Origin: Armatimonadia bacterium
GTDB lineage: Bacteria; Armatimonadota; Zipacnadia; Zipacnadales; UBA11051
Direction of reading: 5' to 3'
DNA length: 59,821 nt
Assembly (NCBI GenBank): GCA_039683575.1
Contig: JBDKRC010000162.1
Span: 1-59,821, forward strand
The number at the start of each line of letters is the position of its first letter. Within the stretch, counting starts at the first letter, position 1. Position numbers and translations under genes: made by a program. Under the pieces are notes generated by a model. That model worked only from the letters and a program-made list of their open reading frames with translations, ran no database searches and was not told the DNA's origin. Shown here piece by piece: positions 37,483 to 46,105 of this stretch.

Positions 37483-37856
37483 TGGCGAAGATCCTGTTCG
37501 TGGACGATGAGCGAGATTTGGTCCAGTGCGCGAAGGTCTTCTTCGAGTCCGCTGGCTATGAGTTCGTCGGCGCCTACGATGGCATGCAGGCCATCGAGAA
37601 GGTCAAAGAAGAGCGCCCCGACTTGGTCTGCCTGGATGTCAGCATGCCCCGCCTCACCGGCTGGGACGTCCTCCGCACGCTCCAGGACGATCCCGAGACC
37701 GCCGACATCCCCGTCATCATGCTTACGGCTCGAACTCAGGACCAGGACAAAGCCCGTGGCTGGGAACTCGGCTGCACCTTCTACCACACCAAGCCGTTCG
37801 ATTTTGACGAGCTTCTCGTACTAATCCAGCGCATCCTGGCCGCGACAGAGCTGTAG
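37479..37856 (+). CDS. Single-domain response regulator (CheY-like)
   Basis: ILFVDDE, PDLVCLDVSMP, IMLTA, TKPF. Confidence 0.93.
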   Translation: MMAKILFVDDERDLVQCAKVFFESAGYEFVGAYDGMQAIEKVKEERPDLVCLDVSMPRLTGWDVLRTLQDDPETADIPVIMLTARTQDQDKARGWELGCTFYHTKPFDFDELLVLIQRILAATEL

Positions 37857-37949
37857 CCCGAATCGATTTTGATGACCGGGGGCAGGCCAAGCGCCTGTCC
37901 CTTTGCTTTTCTCTTCCGAACGCAGCGGAATACCTCTTCGGCGTCTCGG

Positions 37950-37977
37950 GCTGTAGGGCGGGGGCTCGTACCCCGCC
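37950..37977 (+). repeat. GTAG-type REP, family B
   Basis: Identical to 34788-34815. Confidence 0.85.
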
Positions 37978-38064
37978 GCTCCCGTCCGCGCCGCGCGCAT
38001 CACTCGCTGCCGCACCGGGACCTTCTTCGTAGAACAGGCGTCTCGCCGTCAACATACCAATCAC

Positions 38065-39039
38065 ATGACTCAACCACCAAACCAACCCTCAGCCCCCCTC
38101 CGCGTAGTCAGCGTCAGCCTCGGCTCCTCCCGCCGCGACAAGCAGGTAGACGTCGACTTCCTCGGCCGCCACTTCCGCGTGGAACGCCTCGGCACCGACG
38201 GCGACTTCGCCAAAGCCGGCGACATGATCGCCGACCTTGACGGCAAGGTCGCCGCCATCGGCCTCGGCGGCATAGATCTCTACCTCTTCGCCGGCACGCG
38301 TCGTTGGATCATCCGCGATGCCGCCAAACTCGCCCGCCGCGCCACCGTCACCCCCATCGTGGACGGCAGCGGCCTCAAGAACACCCTTGAGCGCGAGACG
38401 GTCCGCTTCCTCGCCCGCGAAGGGCATATTGCCGCCGCCGACGCCTCAACTCGCCGCCCCCGCTTTCTCGTAGTCTCGGCTCTCGACCGCTTCGGCATGG
38501 CCGAGGCCGTGACCCAACTCGACTGCGACTACGTCTTCGGCGACCTCATCTTCGCCCTGGGCGTGCCCCTCGTCGTCCGCAGCCTCAAAGCCATCACCTG
38601 GATCGGCCGCCTCTTGCTGCCGCTCTTCAGCCGCCTGCCTTTCAAAATGCTCTACCCCACCGGCGAGAAGCAGGAGCAACTCAGCCGCCACGGCCAAAAG
38701 TGGCTGCAATGGGCCGACATCATCGGCGGTGACTTCCACTTCATCGGCCGCAACCTCCCCGACCCGAAGGTGGACACCAGCCGCCCCCTTGCCGGCAAAA
38801 TGATCATCACGAACACCACGACCGAGGAAGACGTCGCCAAACTGAAGGCACTCGGCCTGGAGAAGCTGGTCACCACGACCCCGCGCCTCGCCGGTCGCTC
38901 CCTCGGCACCAACGTAATGGAAGGTGTCCTGGTAGCCCTGGCCGGCAAGCGCCCGGAGCAAATGACCGATCAGGACTACCTGAGCCTGCTGGAGCAGTTA
39001 GGCTGGCACCCCGACATCGAATACCTCCAGCACGCGTAG
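38065..39039 (+). CDS. Conserved protein of the family commonly labelled 'quinate 5-dehydrogenase' (function unverified)
   Basis: VVSVSLGSS.RD, GTDGD, GLGGIDLY, VDGSGLKNTLER, LYPTG, TNTTT, GTNVMEG. Confidence 0.7.
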   Translation: MTQPPNQPSAPLRVVSVSLGSSRRDKQVDVDFLGRHFRVERLGTDGDFAKAGDMIADLDGKVAAIGLGGIDLYLFAGTRRWIIRDAAKLARRATVTPIVDGSGLKNTLERETVRFLAREGHIAAADASTRRPRFLVVSALDRFGMAEAVTQLDCDYVFGDLIFALGVPLVVRSLKAITWIGRLLLPLFSRLPFKMLYPTGEKQEQLSRHGQKWLQWADIIGGDFHFIGRNLPDPKVDTSRPLAGKMIITNTTTEEDVAKLKALGLEKLVTTTPRLAGRSLGTNVMEGVLVALAGKRPEQMTDQDYLSLLEQLGWHPDIEYLQHA

Positions 39040-39061
39040 GTCGGTTCGTCCCGAACCGACA
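39033..39061 (+). repeat. GTAG-type REP, family A; its TAG is the stop codon of the upstream gene
   Basis: Identical to 29528-29556. Confidence 0.85.
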
Positions 39062-39094
39062 CCGCGGTTGGTACCTGAAACCAAACCGACCACC

Positions 39095-39640
39095 ATGCCC
39101 AACCAAAAGCCCAAGCTCCTCCTCCACGTCTGCTGCGGCCCCTGCGCCACCGCCGTCCTCGAACGCCTCGCCGCCGAGTACGACGTCACGCCCTACTGGT
39201 ACAACCCCAACATCCAGCCACCCGAGGAGCACGCCCTCCGCCTCGAGTCCGCCCTCAAGCTCACCGCCGAACTCGGCCTCTCCATGCCGCTTGAGGAGGG
39301 TGGGGAAGACACCTACACCGACCTCGTCCGCGGTCTCGAAGCAGAGCCCGAGGGGGGCGAGCGCTGCCTGCTCTGCTACGAATTCCGCCTCCGCCAGGCC
39401 ATGCAGTACGCCAAGGAACACGGCTTCACCCACGTCACCACCACCCTCAGCATCAGCCCCCACAAGGACGCCGAGGCCATCAACGAGATCGGCCTCCGCC
39501 TCGCCGGCGAGTTTGGCCTGACCTTCGTCGCCGCCGACTTCAAGCAGGGAGGCGGTTTCGCCCGCAGTGTGGAACTCAGCAAGCACCACGGTCTATACCG
39601 GCAGAAATACTGCGGGTGCTTGCCCAGCCTCCGCCACTGA
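39095..39640 (+). CDS. queH: Epoxyqueuosine reductase QueH (DUF208)
   Basis: LLLHVCCGPC, YNPNIQP..E..R, EPEGGERC..C, TTTLSISPHK, YRQKYCGC. Confidence 0.95.
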   Translation: MPNQKPKLLLHVCCGPCATAVLERLAAEYDVTPYWYNPNIQPPEEHALRLESALKLTAELGLSMPLEEGGEDTYTDLVRGLEAEPEGGERCLLCYEFRLRQAMQYAKEHGFTHVTTTLSISPHKDAEAINEIGLRLAGEFGLTFVAADFKQGGGFARSVELSKHHGLYRQKYCGCLPSLRH

Positions 39641-39649
39641 AGGTGCCCC

Positions 39650-40807
39650 ATGCCCACCATCGGCAGCCTCCTCTCGTCGGAAATGATCTCCGGCGAGACG
39701 TACGCCCCCTCCGGCTCTACCCTCCTGCAACTCACCAGCGCCCCGGCCTTCAACAGCAACATCTACTGCGAGATGCCCTTCAACGATCCACAGTCGCGCT
39801 ACGTCATCCTCCAGCGCAGTCAGACCACCTACGGCCCGTGGGAAGTCTGGCGCGCCGACCTGCAGACCCGCAAGCTCACCAACATCGCCCACGACGTCGC
39901 CTGGACGCTCGGCTGCGGCATGTCGTCCGACCAGCGCCACTTCTACTGCGTCCGCCCCGACCTCACACAGCAGGTCCTCACCATCATCCGCACCGAAATC
40001 GCCACCCTCAAACAGTGGTCCACTACCTTCCACAAAGTCCCCGGCAAGCTCGCCTCCATGGGTGCGCTCTCGCTCGATGGCCGTTACTACTTCGCCTCCT
40101 CACGGATCGGCGAACCCCGCGAACACCGCTTCGGCGTCGTCCGCTTTGACCTGCAGGACGCGGACCACGAGGTCATCTTCGAAGCTGGCGACGACCTCTG
40201 CAACGCCCATGTCCAGATCGACCCCGGCAAGGGCGAGGACCTGCTCGTTCAGCACAACCGCGGCTCGGAGTGGGACGACGAGGGCAACATGCTCAAGCTC
40301 ATCGGCCCGCCATGGTGCACGCTGTTCCTGATCGACACCGACGGCAACAACCGCCGCAACCTCCCCGTCGGCAACCCCTACACCGGCGCCTGCCAGGGCC
40401 ATCAGGCGTGGATCGGTGGCACGGGCGACATCATTTTGACCATCGTACCGGGCTTGGAGCCGGAGTTCAGCGAGCCGGGCCACCTGCTCTTCCTGCACCC
40501 CGGCGACGAAAAATCCCGCGTCATCAACGCCGAGTACGACTACGCGCACCCCAACGCCTCCCGCGACGGCCGTTTCTTCGTCAGCGACACCTACAAGGAC
40601 AAGCTGGTGGTAGTGGGATCAATCAAAACGGGCAAGTCCCGCATCCTCTGCGAGACGGGCAGCACCTTCCGCGGCAACCAATGGACCCACCCGCACCCCT
40701 ACTTCACCCCCGACCGCAAGTGGGTAATCTTCAACTCCGACAAAACGGGCGCCCCCCAAGTCTACGCCGCCAGCGTGCCGGAGGGGTTGTTGGAGGAACT
40801 GGACTAG
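39650..40807 (+). CDS. Oligogalacturonate lyase-family beta-propeller protein
   Basis: YCEMPF, HVQIDP, GHQAW, C-terminal THPHPYFTPDRKWVIFNSDKTG.PQVY. Confidence 0.75.
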   Translation: MPTIGSLLSSEMISGETYAPSGSTLLQLTSAPAFNSNIYCEMPFNDPQSRYVILQRSQTTYGPWEVWRADLQTRKLTNIAHDVAWTLGCGMSSDQRHFYCVRPDLTQQVLTIIRTEIATLKQWSTTFHKVPGKLASMGALSLDGRYYFASSRIGEPREHRFGVVRFDLQDADHEVIFEAGDDLCNAHVQIDPGKGEDLLVQHNRGSEWDDEGNMLKLIGPPWCTLFLIDTDGNNRRNLPVGNPYTGACQGHQAWIGGTGDIILTIVPGLEPEFSEPGHLLFLHPGDEKSRVINAEYDYAHPNASRDGRFFVSDTYKDKLVVVGSIKTGKSRILCETGSTFRGNQWTHPHPYFTPDRKWVIFNSDKTGAPQVYAASVPEGLLEELD

Positions 40808-40970
40808 CCCTCGCCCCCGTGCCGTACGAGCGGCATCCCTGCCGCGAGTTGACGCCACCAGAGCCCGGCTTCCAGCCGGGCGGGAGTCGCAGACCAACTC
40901 GTCACATCGAGTCGCTATCCTGAACGTGAGAGGGCTCTTAACAGCCCGACGATAGCTAATCTGGCTGCCT

Positions 40971-40995
40971 GTAGGAGCGCTCACCAGAGCGCGAC
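40971..40995 (+). repeat. GTAG-type REP, family D
   Basis: GTAGGAGCGCTC-acca-GAGCGCGAC; related copies at 42719 and 31445. Confidence 0.7.
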
Positions 40996-41033
40996 CATCC
41001 GCCGCGCACACGCCCTCCGTGCGATGCCGTCGT

Positions 41034-41121
41034 GAGGCCCGAAGGGCCGCAAGCAAATAGCCAGGGCCGCAAGGCCCTGGCTTCCTGTTGCACTCCCTCT
41101 TGAGCCCCGAAGGGGCGGCAG
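41034..41121. repeat. Multi-hairpin GCCCCGAAGGGGC-type repeat element
   Basis: GGCCC-gaa-GGGCC, CCAGGGCC-gcaa-GGCCCTGG and GCCCC-gaa-GGGGC between convergent genes. Confidence 0.65.
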
Positions 41122-41160
41122 CCGTCCTCCCCTGACCCCAACGGGGGCACCCGCCGTCTC

Positions 41161-41931
41161 CTACCCCAACACCCTCCCCCCATTCCCCCACAATATCGCC
41201 GCTTTCTCTTCCTCCCCAACGTACGCCTCCCGCACCTTCGCCACCGCCGTCTGCACGTACAGGAACGGCAGATGGCTCCCGAACACCAGCCTCTCACTCC
41301 CCACCTGCCCCACGAGCGCCTCGATGCCGTTCAGCGGCGTCTTGATGTAGGAGACCTCCGCGAAGACGTTCTCCCGCGCCACGCCCTTCAGGAACGCCGT
41401 TACCTCATGCGCCGCGCCCATGCACAGCACCACGTTCGCATCCGGCACGTCTCGCGCAAAGGTAATCGCGGCCTCCATGGCCAGCGGCGCGATCTTCATC
41501 AGCGGGTGGTGATGCCGCTCATCCTCGATCCGCACGGTGACCAGTACCGGCCACCCCAGCGCTGCCGCCTCCTCCGCCAGCCGCACGGTCGCATGGCTCG
41601 TGATATCAAGATCATGGTAGGTCGGATACAGCTTCAATGCCTTGAAACCAAGCTCCCGGCACCGCTGCAGGTCCTCCAGCGCCCCTGGGTACTCCGGGTT
41701 CAGCACCGCGCACGGCAGCACCGCTTCGTCGTTCAGCTCCGCCAACTCCGCCGCCAGAAGCTCATTAGCCGGCTGTGGGCTCACAAAGGTAAGCGCTCGC
41801 GCCGAGCCCATGATAACCTTCCCAACCCCAGACTTCCGCGCCTGTGCCAGCACTTCCACCGCCGTCGTCTGGGGGTACTCCCGAAACGCATACGCCCCGC
41901 AGTCACAGTTGAAATCAATGATTTGGTCCAT
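41161..41931 (-). CDS. Amidohydrolase family protein (Amidohydro_2), non-canonical metal motif
   Basis: IIDFNCDCG, LKLYPTYH, ERLVFGSHLPF, ILWGN. Confidence 0.8.
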   Translation of the reverse strand: MDQIIDFNCDCGAYAFREYPQTTAVEVLAQARKSGVGKVIMGSARALTFVSPQPANELLAAELAELNDEAVLPCAVLNPEYPGALEDLQRCRELGFKALKLYPTYHDLDITSHATVRLAEEAAALGWPVLVTVRIEDERHHHPLMKIAPLAMEAAITFARDVPDANVVLCMGAAHEVTAFLKGVARENVFAEVSYIKTPLNGIEALVGQVGSERLVFGSHLPFLYVQTAVAKVREAYVGEEEKAAILWGNGGRVLG

Positions 41932-42674
41932 TAGTTGCCTCCCTCAAGCCCCAAAAGCCGCGCCGCGTTGCCGCCGAGTATCAGCGCCTTCTCCGCGTCC
42001 GTGATCTCTGCATCCCGCACCTTCGACAGCGTCAGCAGGCAGTCCCCGCCGGGCATGTCCGTGCCCCAGATAACCCGCTCCGCCCCCACTTCCCGCACCC
42101 ACGCCTCGACGAGGCCATTATCAATCATGCCGCCGCTGGTATCGGAATACAGGCTCGGCACACTCCGCGCCGCCCGCAGCCCATACCGCCAGTCCCCGCC
42201 CACATGGGCCATGCAGAGCTTCAACTCCGGGTACTTGCGGGCCAGCGTGGCCACAGTCAGCGGGTCGCTCTCGCCGGGGTAGTTGCCCGTGATCTTGTGC
42301 CACGAGTGCTGCACCACGGGCATGCTATGGGCAATGGCCCACTCCGCCACGGGCTCGACGGCCGGGTTGTCCGCCCAGCAGCTAATCCACAGCTTGATCC
42401 CCTTCATCCCATTGTCCAGGCCCCGCTCAAGCTCATAAATGGCCGCCTTGCCATGCAGCGGGTTCACATACGTGAATGGGATGTAAAGCTCCGGATAGTC
42501 CCTGGTGCCCTTGTAGACCCGGTCATTGCACCGGACAATCTCTTCCATATCCGGCAGCCACGACTCCACGGTGCTGATGCACACGCGGTCAATGCCATGC
42601 CGCTGTGCCTCGCGCGCAATCAACTCCTCAGCATCGTCCATGGCCCACAAATGGGCATGAAAATCAATAACCAT
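41931..42674 (-). CDS. Amidohydrolase family protein (Amidohydro_2)
   Basis: IDFHAH, GIKL, QH, MAHVGG, RVIWGTD, ILGGNAARL. Confidence 0.9.
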   Translation of the reverse strand: MVIDFHAHLWAMDDAEELIAREAQRHGIDRVCISTVESWLPDMEEIVRCNDRVYKGTRDYPELYIPFTYVNPLHGKAAIYELERGLDNGMKGIKLWISCWADNPAVEPVAEWAIAHSMPVVQHSWHKITGNYPGESDPLTVATLARKYPELKLCMAHVGGDWRYGLRAARSVPSLYSDTSGGMIDNGLVEAWVREVGAERVIWGTDMPGGDCLLTLSKVRDAEITDAEKALILGGNAARLLGLEGGN

Positions 42675-42718
42675 ATAGCGCCCTTCTCTCGTTCGGCCCG
42701 ATTCGTCTTCGTATTCCG

Positions 42719-42743
42719 GTAGGAGCGCTCCCCTGAGCGCGAT
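42719..42743 (+). repeat. GTAG-type REP, family D
   Basis: GTAGGAGCGCTC-ccct-GAGCGCGAT. Confidence 0.7.
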
Positions 42744-42770
42744 ATCTACGACAAACCTCCGCCACGACCT

Positions 42771-43841
42771 CTAACGCTTTAGCACCTTCCCCACGAACTC
42801 GTACGCGGCCTCCCGGGCCTCCAATGGAAAATCATGCTCGCAATCTGGATGTACCGCCTTCAGCTTGTCCCCCGCGCCAAGCAGGTCAAAAACGGGCTGT
42901 GCGGCTCTCAGACAGTCGTACACGCCTTCTACGGCGAAATTGCTATCCTTGAGCGGGGAGTTTGTGAAGACCGCTCGCGGCGCAATAGCGGCCACAATCT
43001 CCGAAAAATCAAACGGCATCTTGTCGCCCCTGGCGTCATACAGCTCCTTGATTCGCGGCATGTAGCCCTTGTGGGACCACCCGCTGACGTCCTCGCCCAT
43101 GTACTTGCGGAAGGAGTTGAACCCGCAACTGGTTACCGCCACCTTCACCCTCTCATCAAAAGCTGCCAGAAAGAGCGTATTGTGCCCGCCAAGAGAGTGG
43201 CCGATGCAGCCCAAACGCTCGGGATCGACCTCTGGCAGGCTCTGGAGCACATCCAGGGCTGCCCGATGGTTGACAATCCCCTTCATTGTCGCGCTTATGT
43301 ACCCCATTGCGTAGGGATCGCACTCGTAGCCCCCGTAGCCCGGATAGTCGGGCGCCAGGGTCGCGTAGCCCCGCTCTGCGAGCTCTTTGGCATAGTGCAG
43401 GTTCGGCAGGCCGCCCAGCCCGGCGGGTTCTGACTTGCCGATGCCCGTGGTCTGGTGCAGGCAGAGCATGCCCGGCGCCTTGCCCTTGAGGCCGGTAGGG
43501 ATGAAGAGAAAGGCCGGCACCAGGTCGCCATCGGGAGACGCGAAATCTACCCGGTAACTGGTGAATTTCGGGCCCCTATTTGTGCAGACCGAGTTAACCA
43601 ATGTAACGATTTCGGCCGTTTTTGGGGGTAGCGGCCCCATTACCAGTTGCATGGCTTCCAGGATATGTTTGCGTCGCACTGCCCACTGCTCCGGAGTCGT
43701 TACCGGCCGGGCCTGGCCCTGCTCATCGAGCACCGTAAGCAGGTTAAGATGATCCTGGTATGTGGGTGTTGCTTCTGCGCCACGCGTCATGGCAAACTCC
43801 ATCGTCAGTAGTATGATTGCGCCGAAAAGCCTCGGCCACAT
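42771..43841 (-). CDS. Exported alpha/beta hydrolase (dienelactone hydrolase/acetylxylan esterase-like)
   Basis: GHSLGG nucleophile elbow, LCLHQT, IAPR, HDFP. Confidence 0.88.
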   Translation of the reverse strand: MWPRLFGAIILLTMEFAMTRGAEATPTYQDHLNLLTVLDEQGQARPVTTPEQWAVRRKHILEAMQLVMGPLPPKTAEIVTLVNSVCTNRGPKFTSYRVDFASPDGDLVPAFLFIPTGLKGKAPGMLCLHQTTGIGKSEPAGLGGLPNLHYAKELAERGYATLAPDYPGYGGYECDPYAMGYISATMKGIVNHRAALDVLQSLPEVDPERLGCIGHSLGGHNTLFLAAFDERVKVAVTSCGFNSFRKYMGEDVSGWSHKGYMPRIKELYDARGDKMPFDFSEIVAAIAPRAVFTNSPLKDSNFAVEGVYDCLRAAQPVFDLLGAGDKLKAVHPDCEHDFPLEAREAAYEFVGKVLKR

Positions 43842-43877
43842 GATGGGTCCTCCGTTTGGCTGAACCCCAACTTTTCA

Positions 43878-43905
43878 TTGACTACCTAAACTAAAATGCT
43901 ACCAT
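43878..43905 (+). promoter_or_regulatory. Putative sigma70-type promoter
   Basis: TTGACT-N16-TACCAT with TG extension. Confidence 0.45.
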
Positions 43906-43970
43906 AGTGGTACTTCTGTGAATCAGCACCTCACCACCCGCGGCGCCTGCCGCAGCAAGGGCGGCTGTGC

Positions 43971-45890
43971 ATGGACGACGCCGAGCCGATTGAGGAGAAG
44001 TCGCGGCCAAGTCACGTCCCCCCGCTGATCCGCTGGCTGCTACTGGCAGGGGCGCTGGCCGTCGTCATTGCCTGGCTGTGTAGCCCCGGCGGCCCCCTGT
44101 ACAACTATGAGCTAAAGACCCTTGACTCTCGTTTCCGCTTCCGCGCTGACGTCCGCGCGCCCCAGGATACCATCATCGTCGCCATCGACGAGCGCAGTGT
44201 GAACGATCCGCGGCTGGGCCGCTGGCCCTGGAGCCGGCAGTGGCATGCTAAGCTGATTCGCCGTCTGGCGGCTGAGAAGCCCCGGGCGATAGCTTTCGAC
44301 GTCATCTTCTCCGAACCTTCGACCCTCGCCGATGACTCGGCTCTTGCCTCAGCCTGCGCCTCCGCCAGGAATGTATACCTCAGCCTCCATGCCAGCGACC
44401 TCGCCAGCCGCAACCGCGACGCTCTCACGCGCTTCGCAGTGCGGCCGCAGATTGTCATCGGCCAGGACGTCTTGCCCACCTATGGCGGGCTGATCCCGCC
44501 CCTGCGCGAATTTGCCGCCGCTGCGGCTAGTGGCGGGGCAATCGCCGCTTCCACGGACCCTGATGGGGTCATGCGCCGCTGCTTCTTCCTCGCGCGCGAA
44601 ATCAAGAATGAGGGCTTCTATCCCACGCTCCCCCTGGCTGTGGTCGCCGGGACGGAGCGCTGGCCGTACTCCGGCATGCGGTTCAACCTGGGCAAGGAAG
44701 CGCGCCTGTCGCCGCAGACCATTGTGCCGCTGGACCAGAGAGGAAACGCCCTCATCAACTACCTTGGTCCAGCAGACACCGTCCCGCGCATTTCCTACGC
44801 GGATGTGCTGGATGGCCGGTTCAGCGCGGGCACCTTCCGCAACAAGATCGTCCTCGTGGGCTTTACGGCAGCAGGCCTGCTGGATGAGTACCCGACTCCT
44901 GTCCACCCCCGCATGGCAGGCGTTGAAGTCCACGCCAACGTCATTGAGAATCTGCTTCGGGGTGACTTCCTGACGCCCCGGTCGTTTGGGAACATGCTGG
45001 GGCTCACCCTCGTGCTGGCGCTGCTGACGGCTTTGGCCGCGGCCGCTCTTCGCCCAGTGATTGGGCTTGCGGTGCTCTTCCTGCTGTTGGGTGCGTATGA
45101 CGTGCTGGCTTTGCAGGCTTTCACCAAGTCTGGCGTAGTGTGGCCGGGCCTGGCTCCGCATCTGGCTCCACTGCTCAGCTTCGCCGGGATTGCGGTCTTC
45201 CGCCTTGCGACTGAGGAAGCGGGCCGCCGCCGCCTGCGGGACGAGTTTGGCCGCTATGCCCCGCCGCAGGTGGTAGCGCGCCTGGACAGCGGAGAGATGA
45301 AGGAGCGCGCCGCTGGCGTCAAGCGTGATATCACCGCCCTCTTTGCCGATGTCCGTGGCTTCACCAACTGGTCCGCCAACGCCGACCCGCACTCGGTCAT
45401 CAGCGTTCTTAACACCTACTTTGAGTCCATGACCCAACTGGCCTTCGACGTCGAGGGCACGGTGGACAATATCGTCGGGGACGAGATTTTCGTGACCTTC
45501 AATGCGATTGAGGACCAGGCAGACCACGTCCACCGGGCGGTTGACCTGGCCATCAACATGATCAGCGCCCTCGAGGGTCTCAATGAGCGCTGGATGGCTC
45601 AGGGCACACTGCCCGAGCCAATGCGCATAGGTATCGGCATCAACACCGGCGAGGCGCTGGTCGGCAGCCTTGGCTCAAGCATACGCACGCAGTACACCGT
45701 GTTGGGGCAGGTGGTGAACCTCGCGGCGAGGTTGCAGAGCCTGAACAAAGAACTCGGCACCACCATCCTGTGTACTAAGGAAGTTGCCGACGCAGTGGAG
45801 GGCACCGTGATCCTTCGCGACCACGGCGAGCATGCCATTCGCGGCCATCCGGTACCCGTAGAGGTTTTTGAGATCATCGGCCGGGCCTAG
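43971..45890 (+). CDS. CHASE2 sensor + class III adenylate/guanylate cyclase
   Basis: IVAIDERS..GRWPWSR, FDVIF, DPDGVMR, KIVLVG, GVEVHA, 3 TMs, FADVRGFT, VGDE, GIGINTG, VNLAARL. Confidence 0.93.
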   Translation: MDDAEPIEEKSRPSHVPPLIRWLLLAGALAVVIAWLCSPGGPLYNYELKTLDSRFRFRADVRAPQDTIIVAIDERSVNDPRLGRWPWSRQWHAKLIRRLAAEKPRAIAFDVIFSEPSTLADDSALASACASARNVYLSLHASDLASRNRDALTRFAVRPQIVIGQDVLPTYGGLIPPLREFAAAAASGGAIAASTDPDGVMRRCFFLAREIKNEGFYPTLPLAVVAGTERWPYSGMRFNLGKEARLSPQTIVPLDQRGNALINYLGPADTVPRISYADVLDGRFSAGTFRNKIVLVGFTAAGLLDEYPTPVHPRMAGVEVHANVIENLLRGDFLTPRSFGNMLGLTLVLALLTALAAAALRPVIGLAVLFLLLGAYDVLALQAFTKSGVVWPGLAPHLAPLLSFAGIAVFRLATEEAGRRRLRDEFGRYAPPQVVARLDSGEMKERAAGVKRDITALFADVRGFTNWSANADPHSVISVLNTYFESMTQLAFDVEGTVDNIVGDEIFVTFNAIEDQADHVHRAVDLAINMISALEGLNERWMAQGTLPEPMRIGIGINTGEALVGSLGSSIRTQYTVLGQVVNLAARLQSLNKELGTTILCTKEVADAVEGTVILRDHGEHAIRGHPVPVEVFEIIGRA

Positions 45891-45926
45891 CAGGTGCTTC
45901 CAGCCACGTGGGATAGAGACTCTCGT

Positions 45927-46008
45927 CGCGTGGTAGGCACACTCCGTGTGCCGCACTACGGCAACGCGATGATACTGATTCCGGCACACGGAGTGTGCCT
46001 ACCACGCG
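45927..46008. repeat. Inverted REP doublet (REPIN-like), family C
   Basis: 27-bp CGCGTGGTAGGCACACTCCGTGTGCCG (45927-45953) and its perfect reverse complement (45982-46008), 28-bp spacer. Confidence 0.9.
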
Positions 46009-46105
46009 GTCAGGTGTGCCTTGCACGGGAACGAGGAGCTTGAAGTAGCCTGTAGTTGTGCAGAGTGGCAGGAGCGTAAGTCCGCACGGGTGCGCGGGGT
46101 GTGAG

